Assembly (NCBI GenBank): GCA_041674405.1
Contig: JBAYVT010000004.1
Location: 90,001 to 122,000 of the forward strand
Direction of reading: 5' to 3'
Origin: Patescibacteria group bacterium
GTDB taxonomy: Bacteria; Patescibacteriota; UBA1384; XYA2-FULL-43-10
Length of the DNA stretch: 32,000 nucleotides
Position 1 is the first letter of the stretch. The number at the start of each line of letters is the position of its first letter. Made by a program: the position numbers and the translations under genes. The notes beneath the pieces are model-generated. The model was given only the letters and a program-made list of their open reading frames with translations. It did no database searches and had not been told where the DNA came from. Below, one piece after another: positions 15,445 to 23,827 of the stretch.

Positions 15445-17004
15445 ATGCCAGAACTTAAGCGTGTGAGCAAGCCTACCAAGGATCAAAAAGCTAAAAATGC
15501 CAAATTTAAGATCTCAATCTCGTATCCGCCTCTTCCTAGTGAGAAAGGCATCCCTCTTCTTACCCAGAATCGCCAATTTCAATGGTTCAACAACCCAACG
15601 TATATCTATCCGATGGTGCCTTCGTATGCAGCCTCACTTCTGGCCGATCAAGGCTATGACGTGCTCTGGGACGATGCCATTGCCGAGGAGCTCACGCCGG
15701 AATCCTGGCTTCTTAGAATCAAGAAATCCAATCCCAACCTGATAGTGTTTGAATCTAAAACCCCGGTAATTAAGCGACACTGGAAACTTATTGAAGTTAT
15801 GAAAAAAGAGCTTCCCAAGGCGACTATCGCCCTGATCGGCGATCATGTGACTGCGATGCCGGAAGAATCGATGAAAAACTCGAAGGTTGATTATGTTCTT
15901 ACGGGCGGAGATTATGATTTTCTGGCATTAAACCTAGCGAATCATCTAAATCATGGTGAGAAACTCGAGGCAGGGATTTGGTACCGTGAAGGGAAAACCA
16001 TTAAAAATACCGGGCATTTTGAGCTTAATCATGATCTTGACGATCTTCCGATGATCGATCGTGATCTCACCAAATGGCAGCTGTACGCTTACAAGAATGG
16101 TAATTACAAAAGAACACCAGGCACATACACATATGCTGCACGTGACTGCTGGTGGGGCAAATGTGCATTTTGTTCCTGGACGACTCTCTATCCGGGTAAG
16201 GATTATCGCAAACATTCGGCCAGGAGGATGCTCGACGAGATCGGCATCTTGATTGAGAAATATCATGTCAAGGAGATCATGGATGATTCGGGCTCTTTTC
16301 CGATCGGCACATGGCTAACGGAGTTCTGCAATGGCATGATCGAGCGTGGCTACAACAAGAAAATCCGTCTTGATATAAATATGAGGCTAAAGGGGCTTAA
16401 ACAAGAAGATTACGATCTTATGGGCAAGGCCGGGATCAGGTTTATCCTGTACGGACTTGAGTCGGCAAACCAGAATACGCTTGATCGAATCCAGAAAAAT
16501 TTGAAGGTAGAGGAAATCGAAAAAGGCGTTAGAATGGCGAAAAAGGGTGGACTGGAGCCTCATATCACTACCATGATGGGTTATCCGTGGGAAACGCGTG
16601 AAGACGCCGAACGAACTGTGGCTCTTGCGAGACATCTATTCAATAAAGGTTATGTTGACACTCTGCAAGCCACTATAGTGATCCCGTATCCAGGCACGCC
16701 ACTCTATCGCGAATGCAAGGAAAACGGCTGGTTGGCGACTGAGGATTGGGATAATTTCGATCAGCGCATGGCGGTGATGAAATCACCCTTGACCGAGAAA
16801 GATATCAAAGAACTGACCCAAGAGCTATATAAGTCATTCATGACTCCCCGGTTTGTCATGCGAAAGATTGCTTCGGTGCGAAGCTGGTCTGATGTTACTT
16901 TCCTTTTCCGTGCTGCTGGCAAGGTAATCGGCCACCTCATTGACTTCTCTCCCAAGAATAAACAAAATTGCGAGTGCGAGGAAAAGGCAGAACACGAAGC
17001 ATAG
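15445..17004 (+). CDS. B12-binding-domain radical SAM enzyme (class B-like)
   Basis: 519 aa. The N-terminal Rossmann-like part is 'LIVFESKTPV...IALIGDHVTAMPEE...VDYVLTGGDYDF'. The Fe-S motif 'RDCWWGKCAFCSW' is CX4CX2C, verified in the DNA at 16147-16173. 'FILYGLESANQNTLDRIQK' is the radical SAM core. Intermediate GC. Confidence 0.85.
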   Translation: MPELKRVSKPTKDQKAKNAKFKISISYPPLPSEKGIPLLTQNRQFQWFNNPTYIYPMVPSYAASLLADQGYDVLWDDAIAEELTPESWLLRIKKSNPNLIVFESKTPVIKRHWKLIEVMKKELPKATIALIGDHVTAMPEESMKNSKVDYVLTGGDYDFLALNLANHLNHGEKLEAGIWYREGKTIKNTGHFELNHDLDDLPMIDRDLTKWQLYAYKNGNYKRTPGTYTYAARDCWWGKCAFCSWTTLYPGKDYRKHSARRMLDEIGILIEKYHVKEIMDDSGSFPIGTWLTEFCNGMIERGYNKKIRLDINMRLKGLKQEDYDLMGKAGIRFILYGLESANQNTLDRIQKNLKVEEIEKGVRMAKKGGLEPHITTMMGYPWETREDAERTVALARHLFNKGYVDTLQATIVIPYPGTPLYRECKENGWLATEDWDNFDQRMAVMKSPLTEKDIKELTQELYKSFMTPRFVMRKIASVRSWSDVTFLFRAAGKVIGHLIDFSPKNKQNCECEEKAEHEA

Positions 17005-17016
17005 GCGGTTTGCATT

Positions 17017-17463
17017 ATGATCGTTGATGAAATATTCCATTTTCTAATATCTTCTGCCGCAGGCCTAGCCGTCGGTTATTTTTCTGGCAACTACTGGGCA
17101 GTGCTTTTTGCGCTTATTTCCGGTTTTTTCATAGATGCCGACCATTTAATTGATTATTTTCTGTACACAAAGTTTAAAAAATTCTCTCTGGCCGAATTCA
17201 AATCAGGATTGTTTTTTGATTATGCCGGCAAGGTCTACGTGTTTGCCCATGGTTTCGAGTACGCGATCATCTTTATTGCACTGGGGATCGTTTTTTCCCA
17301 ATACGGCTGGATATTTTACTCGCTCGGGGTATCAAATTTGCTGCATCTTCTGTATGACACGATTTACAATGGGGCTGTTTGGCCGACATATTTTTTAATT
17401 TTTCGCATCGTGCATAATTTCCGCCATAAAGATTTTAATTTCCCTAAATGTTCTGAAAGATGA
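17017..17463 (+). CDS. Small 4-TM membrane protein, YdjM/DUF457-like putative metal-dependent hydrolase
   Basis: 148 aa, starting 12 nt after the radical SAM stop. 'FFIDADHLIDYF', 'FAHGFEY' and 'NLLHLLYD' give His/Asp clusters at the membrane boundaries. The family assignment is tentative. Confidence 0.6.
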   Translation: MIVDEIFHFLISSAAGLAVGYFSGNYWAVLFALISGFFIDADHLIDYFLYTKFKKFSLAEFKSGLFFDYAGKVYVFAHGFEYAIIFIALGIVFSQYGWIFYSLGVSNLLHLLYDTIYNGAVWPTYFLIFRIVHNFRHKDFNFPKCSER

Positions 17464-17579
17464 CAATTCATTGCCTTGCTAATTCAGCATGACCAGACTA
17501 AAATTGGGATGGTTTGCGGAAAACTTCTTTTTTAGCTATATGTATAAATGCCATTTAATTAAGTTTATCGGATGAAATA

Positions 17580-18689
17580 ATGATTAATGTATCAAAACCG
17601 GTTATCGAGCAAGACGAGATAGATGTGGTCGTGGAAGTCTTAAAGAGCGGAATGATAGTGCAGGGCCCGAAAACGGCGGAGCTTGAGGAAAAGTTTGCAA
17701 AGTACTGCGGGACTAAGTACGCAGTGGCATTCAATAGCGGCACAGCGGCAATCCATGCTGGCCTATATGCAATGGGGATCGGCGAAGAGGATGAGGTAAT
17801 TACGACCCCTTTTACCTTTGTCGCAACCGCTAATCCGATCCTGATGCAGGGCGCAAAAGTGGTTTTCGCCGATATTTCTGAAGATGATTTTAATCTTGAT
17901 CCGGCCGAAGTTGAAAAGAAAATTACCGATACAACTAAGGCAATTATCCCCGTTGATCTCTACGGTCAAGTTTATGATTATGAAAAAATTTCAAAGATAG
18001 CTGAAAAGCATAGCCTCAAGATTTTAGAAGATGCCTGCCAAGCAGTCGGCGCAGAGCAAAATGATAAGCGGGCAGGTAATTTTGGTGATGTGGCGGCCTT
18101 TTCCCTGTATGCTACAAAAAATATGATGTCCGGTGAAGGTGGGCTTATTACTACCAACGATGAAAAGCTGGCTGAAAAGTGCAAGATGTTCAGGCATCAT
18201 GGCCAATCTGAAACATTGAGGTACGAATACGTTGATTTGGGCTACAATTACCGCCTGACGGATATGGCAGCCGCGATTGCTCTAGTCCAGCTTGGCAAAA
18301 TCGATGAATTCAATAAAAGGCGCAATGCGAATGCAACTAGATTGGAAGAAGGGCTCAAAAATATTAAAGGGCTTATTTTGCCCAAGAGAAAAGAAGGAAA
18401 TTTTCACGTTTACCATCAGTTTACAATCAGAATAACCAAGGATTTTGCATTGTCCCGGGATGAACTCATCGAGGAGATGAAAAACCGCGGAGTAGGGGCC
18501 GGAGTGTATTATCCTAAACCTTTGCACCTGCATTCTCATTTCCAAAAGCTTGGCTACAAAGAGGGTGATTTTCCAATAGCAGAAAAGATGTCGAAAGAAG
18601 TTGTGTCTTTGCCGGTCCATCCGTCATTGGCAAATGAAGAAGTCGAGAAAATTATTAAGGCTATAAAGGATATTGCAAATGGAAACTAG
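17580..18689 (+). CDS. DegT/DnrJ/EryC1/StrS-family PLP-dependent nucleotide-sugar aminotransferase
   Basis: 'FNSGTAAIHAGL', 'DEVITTPFTFVATAN', 'IIPVDLYGQ' and 'SLYATKNMMSGEGGLITTND'. The PLP lysine is retained, so this is an aminotransferase rather than an E1-type dehydrase. Confidence 0.9.
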   Translation: MINVSKPVIEQDEIDVVVEVLKSGMIVQGPKTAELEEKFAKYCGTKYAVAFNSGTAAIHAGLYAMGIGEEDEVITTPFTFVATANPILMQGAKVVFADISEDDFNLDPAEVEKKITDTTKAIIPVDLYGQVYDYEKISKIAEKHSLKILEDACQAVGAEQNDKRAGNFGDVAAFSLYATKNMMSGEGGLITTNDEKLAEKCKMFRHHGQSETLRYEYVDLGYNYRLTDMAAAIALVQLGKIDEFNKRRNANATRLEEGLKNIKGLILPKRKEGNFHVYHQFTIRITKDFALSRDELIEEMKNRGVGAGVYYPKPLHLHSHFQKLGYKEGDFPIAEKMSKEVVSLPVHPSLANEEVEKIIKAIKDIANGN

Positions 18690-18876
18690 GGCAGCTGCTT
18701 GCAAGTATTTAATTTCCGGATGTATCGGGTGCCGAATCTGCATAGAAAATAACCCCAAGATATTTAAGCTAAATAACGAAGGGGAGGCTGAGATAGATTT
18801 GGAAAGGGCAGATAAAAATAGTATCTGTGAGACCGCTAAATTGTGTCCAGTTGGCGCCATTAAAATCATAAATTAG
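18679..18876 (+). CDS. Mini-ferredoxin, single [4Fe-4S]/[3Fe-4S] cluster type
   Basis: 65 aa from the ATG at 18679 (the track start at 18673 is TTG). 'CIGCRIC...PKIFKLNNEGEAEI...LCPVGAIKI' follows the CxxCxxC...CP pattern of Thermotoga/Pyrococcus-type monocluster ferredoxins. It overlaps the aminotransferase 3' end by 11 nt. Confidence 0.7.
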   Translation: METRAAACKYLISGCIGCRICIENNPKIFKLNNEGEAEIDLERADKNSICETAKLCPVGAIKIIN

Positions 18877-18883
18877 GAGGCAA

Positions 18884-19909
18884 ATGCCAAATAAGAAGAA
18901 GCGCAAAGTTGGCTTGATCGGCTGCGGGATGATTTACACCCGCCACATGGAAGCCATTACATCAAATCCTGAAGATTTTGAGCTAGTTGCTCTGTGTGAT
19001 ATAGATGACAAAAAATTAGAAAATCGTGCAACGGAGAATCAAGTTCCCGGATTTACTGACTACAAGAAAATGTTGAAAGATATGAAGGGTAAGATGGATT
19101 TTGTTTCGATTGCTACGCCGAACAGCCTGCATTACGAAATGGCTATCGAAGCTTTATCAAACGGATACGACATCCTAATTGAAAAGCCCATTGATTTTAA
19201 ACACGACAGGGTCCAGGAGATCTCAAAGCTGGCGAAGAAATTAAAAAGGAATGCGTTTGCAGTCCTGCAGGTAAGATATAATCCCACCGTGAATATGGTG
19301 AAAGAAGCCCTGGATAAAGGGTATTTAGGCAATATCAGATCGGTAAGTTTGATTCAGCGTTGGCAGCGCCCGGAAACCTATTTTGATTCTTGGCGGGCTG
19401 ATCTCAAAACAGGTGGACGCACTTTGTACGAAGTAGGAATTCACTACCTAGATATTGTCCAATTGCTCTTTGGTGTGCCTGAAGTAAAAGCTTCTGCTAC
19501 CTTCAACAACAAGCACAAAAATGTAAAATTTGAAGATACGGTCTTTTCAATTTATCAATTTCCGCAAGGCGCGTCTGGTTCTTGCGAGGTGACCATAGCT
19601 TCGGAACCGTCAAATCTTGAGTGTTCGGTCTCGATCATGGGATCCGAGGGATTCATCAAAATCGGAGGGCGTGCCCTCGATGCAATAGACCGGGCAATGT
19701 TCGAAAGCCAAATTTTCGAAAAAAAGTGGGATAATCTTGTCGAAAGATACGGAGAATCATTGGAACCGAATTCTTATGGAACCCATGCTGGTTCTTGTCC
19801 CAACCACCCCACTCTTTATGCGGAAATCGCGAAAGGGAAAGGCATTTCGATAGATGAGGCAATTAATTCTATTAAATTTATCGAGAGAATTTATGGCAAA
19901 GAGGTATAA
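18884..19909 (+). CDS. Gfo/Idh/MocA-family oxidoreductase, WbpB-like (nucleotide-sugar 3-dehydrogenase type)
   Basis: AGGAGG lies 5 nt upstream. 'VGLIGCGMIYTRHMEAI', 'VSIATPNSLHYEMA', 'ILIEKP', 'LQVRYNP', 'SWRADLKTGG', 'VGIHYLD' and the C-terminal 'LYAEIAKGKGISIDEAINSI' parallel my recollection of WbpB. Confidence 0.8.
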   Translation: MPNKKKRKVGLIGCGMIYTRHMEAITSNPEDFELVALCDIDDKKLENRATENQVPGFTDYKKMLKDMKGKMDFVSIATPNSLHYEMAIEALSNGYDILIEKPIDFKHDRVQEISKLAKKLKRNAFAVLQVRYNPTVNMVKEALDKGYLGNIRSVSLIQRWQRPETYFDSWRADLKTGGRTLYEVGIHYLDIVQLLFGVPEVKASATFNNKHKNVKFEDTVFSIYQFPQGASGSCEVTIASEPSNLECSVSIMGSEGFIKIGGRALDAIDRAMFESQIFEKKWDNLVERYGESLEPNSYGTHAGSCPNHPTLYAEIAKGKGISIDEAINSIKFIERIYGKEV

Positions 19910-19918
19910 GGAGCTATA

Positions 19919-20473
19919 ATGGATTATTTTAAACATGAGACTGCCGATGTTTCAGACAAAGCGAAAATCGGCAAGGGCACGAAAATCTGGAATTGGTGCC
20001 AGGTGAGAGAAAATGCCACAATAGGTGAAAATTGCATTATCGGAAAAAATGCATACGTCGATACGGGTGCTATCGTTGGCAACAATGTAAAAATTCAAAA
20101 TAATGCCTCTGTCTATGACGGCGTGACTTTGGAAGACGGCGTTTTTGTCGGGCCTCATGTTTGTTTTACGAATGATAAGATTCCTCGTGCAATAAATGAA
20201 GACGGATCACTAAAAGGCGGCGCTGAAACCGGCGACTGGGAAATTTCCAAAATTCTTGTAAAGCGGGGTGCTTCCATCGGTGCAAACTCTACAATCTTGC
20301 CCGGAGTGACGATCGGAGAATTTGCGATGGTTGGCGCTGGATCAGTCGTGACCAGGAATGTTCCAGACTATACACTGGTACTCGGCAATCCGGCAAGGGC
20401 GTATGGAATTGTCGACAAGTCTGGCAAAATTGTCAGCAAGGAACTTGTCGATGAACCGGCAAGCGTCAATTAA
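19919..20473 (+). CDS. Left-handed beta-helix (hexapeptide) N-acetyltransferase, WbpD/WlbB/QdtC-like
   Basis: 'AKIGKGTKIWNWCQV', 'VKIQNNASVYDGVTLEDGVFVGPHVCFTND', 'RGASIGANSTILPGVTIGEFAMVGAGSVVTRNVPDYTLVLGNPAR'. An aggag SD precedes the ATG. Confidence 0.85.
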   Translation: MDYFKHETADVSDKAKIGKGTKIWNWCQVRENATIGENCIIGKNAYVDTGAIVGNNVKIQNNASVYDGVTLEDGVFVGPHVCFTNDKIPRAINEDGSLKGGAETGDWEISKILVKRGASIGANSTILPGVTIGEFAMVGAGSVVTRNVPDYTLVLGNPARAYGIVDKSGKIVSKELVDEPASVN

Positions 20474-20486
20474 ATTGAAGGATTTT

Positions 20487-21341
20487 ATGGAGAAAAAACC
20501 GCTAGTTTCAATCGTTCTATTTACATACAATGTGGAGAGATGGATTGAGAATAATCTCAAATCGATGAATGCCCAGAAATTCAAAGATTTTGAAATTGTC
20601 ATGGTGGACAAATATAGCACCGACAAAACTCAAGAAATTGCCAGAAAGTTTAAAAATGTGAAAATATATAACGCGCCAATCGAGCGTTCGACCCAGGCTA
20701 ATTATGGTGTTAAAAAAGCTCGCGGTAAATATGTGTTTTTGACGGGTGCTGATTTCGAGTATCACCCTCTTTATCTGAAAAAATGCGTCGAGCTGTGCGA
20801 AAAGAAGGGCTATGACGCAGTTTATACATCAGTCGTTACGAAGAACAATACTTTCTTTGGTAGATGCAAGGCTCTTGAGAGGCTTTGCTATGTTGGTGAT
20901 GATGAACATGAGTCGGCGAGATTTGTGAAAAGAGATGTTTTTTTGAAATTAGGTGGCTACGATGAAAATTTAGTTGCGGCCGAGGATTATGATTTTCAAC
21001 GCAGGCTAAACAAACAGGGTTACAAAACTGGCAGGGTAGATGTGATCGCAGAATATCATCTTGGGGAAGAAGAGACTTTGCGCCATATTGTCCGCCGATC
21101 ATTCTACTATGGAAAAACTCTGTATCAATTTCTGCAGAAATATAAGGGATCCAGCGTCGTACAGATGTCACCGGTACGGACAACTTACTTCAAACACTGG
21201 AGAATTTGGCTCAAAGACCCACTCCATACATTAGGTTTTATTTTCTTCAAGATCACCCAATATTTCTTTGGAAGCCTTGGTATGCTGACGGCAATCATTG
21301 TAAATTATAAAGGAATAAATTCCGAGAAGGGGAGCAAGTGA
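20487..21341 (+). CDS. GT2 glycosyltransferase
   Basis: ATG at 20487 after gaagga. The track ORF from 20358 overlaps the acetyltransferase, so I reject that extension. Motifs: 'VSIVLFTYNVERWI', 'EIVMVDKYSTDKT', 'AAEDYDF'. Confidence 0.85.
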   Translation: MEKKPLVSIVLFTYNVERWIENNLKSMNAQKFKDFEIVMVDKYSTDKTQEIARKFKNVKIYNAPIERSTQANYGVKKARGKYVFLTGADFEYHPLYLKKCVELCEKKGYDAVYTSVVTKNNTFFGRCKALERLCYVGDDEHESARFVKRDVFLKLGGYDENLVAAEDYDFQRRLNKQGYKTGRVDVIAEYHLGEEETLRHIVRRSFYYGKTLYQFLQKYKGSSVVQMSPVRTTYFKHWRIWLKDPLHTLGFIFFKITQYFFGSLGMLTAIIVNYKGINSEKGSK

Positions 21342-21724
21342 AAAAAATCAGACATAATATTCTTGATGGTTGGGCTAATCTTTCCGTTTTTATTCGCAAT
21401 AATCTCGTTGGCTTTATTGTATTGATTGCGTTTATGTTTGTTTTTCTTATGCTTAAAAATTACTTTCCGGTACTACAAAATTACATGCGCATAAGATTGA
21501 TTTATGCCTATGTAGGGATGTTAGCTATCTTGATTCTAAATCTGGAAACGAAATTTTTTCTGAAGCTCTCTATTGCATTTTTAGGGCTTGTTGTGCTTGC
21601 CCTGATATTCAATAATACAAACGCAGCCGATCTTATCTCTACTTACTTTCTAATTACCTTTGCACTAGGAATTGTCGCTTCACCAATTCTCCTTGGCCTA
21701 AAAAATAAATGGCTAGGGGTTTAG
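21338..21724 (+). CDS. Small hypothetical 4-TM membrane protein
   Basis: 128 aa. The GTG start overlaps the GT2 stop (GTGA). Four hydrophobic spans and no recognizable family motif. Confidence 0.55.
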   Translation: MKKIRHNILDGWANLSVFIRNNLVGFIVLIAFMFVFLMLKNYFPVLQNYMRIRLIYAYVGMLAILILNLETKFFLKLSIAFLGLVVLALIFNNTNAADLISTYFLITFALGIVASPILLGLKNKWLGV

Positions 21725-23827
21725 TTTTCTTACTTTATTTAAATAGAAAATTGTTCCCAATAATGCCAGAGCCGAAATTGCGATAGACACATATTGAGTT
21801 CTCTGCAGTTTATATTCAATTGTTACGGTATCAACATTTTTGGATATTGCCCACGAATTGGCAAATCCGTTGTATAGATGATGATCTATCTCCTCTCTGT
21901 CCGAAGTTTTTGCTTTCCAGTTTCCATTAAAATTCTGGTTTAAAATGAGCGTGAAAGGCGCAACTAAGCCTTTCGTATTAATCTTAAATTCCACGGGATT
22001 AATTTCTTCAAAAGAGATCGGAACCAAGCTTCCGTCTTTTTCTACTGAAATAATTTGGCTGTTAGGGTCTGTACCCTTGATCTTATAAATCAAAAGATCG
22101 CCGAATGTTTGTACCAGCTCGAGCTTACCGGAGTTCCTGATGGAATCCGAAATCATCTGGGCATTTTTTTGCACCGGCTCAGCCGTTCTATTGTAGGTGG
22201 AATAATTGTAATCAACCGACTTATCGTATAAAACATATTTAATATTGAACTTATTGGCATATTCAATAAGTTTTTCAGGGTGATCGATGGTATCCATATA
22301 CATTTCATCAATCAATTGGTCTGCTTTGGTTGTCGGGAATGAAGTATATTTAATTGTTCTATTGTTGATAAGCACAAGAGCCGGGTTATCACCGGCGAAA
22401 AATCCGTGTTCCCATTTATGGCCGACAGCATAACCGGTTGGCGGAATTAGCATCACTCTCTCATCTTGGCTGGTGTTAGAACTGAACCAAGAATTGGCAT
22501 CATTCCAATAGCCCGGAATGCTCACGTAATTAGACCGCATAAGCCCCGTATTGGTGTTCCAGATAATTTTTCCAGTAAGAAGTGGAAATGCCACCACCAA
22601 CACCAAACAAAGGCCTAAAGGAGGGATCAGAAAGGCCAGAAGAGGTGCTTTGCGCCTGAAATAGTCAAATAGATATGCAATGCTACAGCCGAAAAGAATG
22701 CTGATAGAAAACAAGTGGATCGGAGTAAATTTGGCCCAGGGTTCGCGGTATATCCAAAGAATTTTGATATGAGTATATAAATAATTGTACATTTCCCCGA
22801 AAGGAGGAGTGGATCCTTTGGCCAAGAACAAGCCGACGAGAGCCATTATTGCAAAAAAACGCACATGTTTATTTTTGTAGTTTAAAAGCAGGGCTAAAAG
22901 TGCGATTGCAGTAATGCCATAGCTTAAAATTAAGAAGAGAGGTTGGTCGAAATTGGTCCAGTATGAGAAATAAAACGACCCGTTATGGTTGTCATACCAT
23001 CCCCATGATCCCAAGAAGCGGAAAAAATTATGGAACTGCCCCGTATCAATTTTTTGAAACGTAAACACACCGCTCACTTGGTTGAACTGAAGGCTATTTA
23101 TGACAAATGGCAGAAACCACCAGACGTTCAGAAGGACCCATATGCCGGCAAAAATTAAAGCATATAATACCGACTGGCGGATTTTTTTTGGGTTGATAGC
23201 GATGAAAAAAATTAAGTAAGCCAAAAGCATGATGGGAATCACGCTTGTGACAGCGAGATTCACATTGGCAGAAATTGATATTAATAATACAAAATTTGCA
23301 TAAATCGCATATTTAACCCTGTTTTTGAGATCATATTGTTCAAGTCCCAGCTTAAAAAACAGAAGAACCAACGGCAAAGCAATCATCATCAGTTTTGTAT
23401 TTGTCTGATAGGCCCCTATCTGAACGACATATAGATTAAATGTGTACAAAAGCCCGGCGAAAAATCCTGCCATTCTTGAATATTTAAAATCTTTAAAAAT
23501 ATTTCTGGCAAACAGGTACATTGCTATACCGGGCATGCCAAAAAGAATGATGATCCAAATCTTTTCAATAAATATCATTGAAAATCCCACCTTCGAGAGA
23601 ATCAACCAGAATGGGAGAAGCGGAAAAAGATATGGCAAATAAATATTCGGCCCACCCATATTAAATGCCTTTGCGTTCCAAGAATAGAAATAATCAGGCA
23701 AGAAGCTTAAGGGGCGGATAATCCAAGACTCGTCACCCCCAGCAATCATAAGGTCTTTTTTGAACCAAAAAAGAGGCAGAAGGCTTAAAACCACTAATAG
23801 TATTAGATATTTATCTAGTTTTTTCAT
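21713..23827 (-). CDS. Large polytopic GT-C-like membrane protein (paralog 1 of 3)
   Basis: About 13 N-terminal TM spans with an acidic first loop 'IAGGDESW', then a soluble domain. The C-terminus is 'NGNWKAK...NGFANSWAI...TIEYKLQ' plus a final TM anchor. ATG at 23827 is preferred over the TTG at 23863. Confidence 0.75.
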   Translation of the reverse strand: MKKLDKYLILLVVLSLLPLFWFKKDLMIAGGDESWIIRPLSFLPDYFYSWNAKAFNMGGPNIYLPYLFPLLPFWLILSKVGFSMIFIEKIWIIILFGMPGIAMYLFARNIFKDFKYSRMAGFFAGLLYTFNLYVVQIGAYQTNTKLMMIALPLVLLFFKLGLEQYDLKNRVKYAIYANFVLLISISANVNLAVTSVIPIMLLAYLIFFIAINPKKIRQSVLYALIFAGIWVLLNVWWFLPFVINSLQFNQVSGVFTFQKIDTGQFHNFFRFLGSWGWYDNHNGSFYFSYWTNFDQPLFLILSYGITAIALLALLLNYKNKHVRFFAIMALVGLFLAKGSTPPFGEMYNYLYTHIKILWIYREPWAKFTPIHLFSISILFGCSIAYLFDYFRRKAPLLAFLIPPLGLCLVLVVAFPLLTGKIIWNTNTGLMRSNYVSIPGYWNDANSWFSSNTSQDERVMLIPPTGYAVGHKWEHGFFAGDNPALVLINNRTIKYTSFPTTKADQLIDEMYMDTIDHPEKLIEYANKFNIKYVLYDKSVDYNYSTYNRTAEPVQKNAQMISDSIRNSGKLELVQTFGDLLIYKIKGTDPNSQIISVEKDGSLVPISFEEINPVEFKINTKGLVAPFTLILNQNFNGNWKAKTSDREEIDHHLYNGFANSWAISKNVDTVTIEYKLQRTQYVSIAISALALLGTIFYLNKVRKLNP

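Noticed and set aside
20358-20486. 43-codon upstream extension of the GT2 gene overlapping the acetyltransferase
   Set aside because: The GT2 homology starts at MEKKPLVSIV (ATG 20487), which has its own RBS. The extension lies out of frame within the well-supported hexapeptide acetyltransferase.
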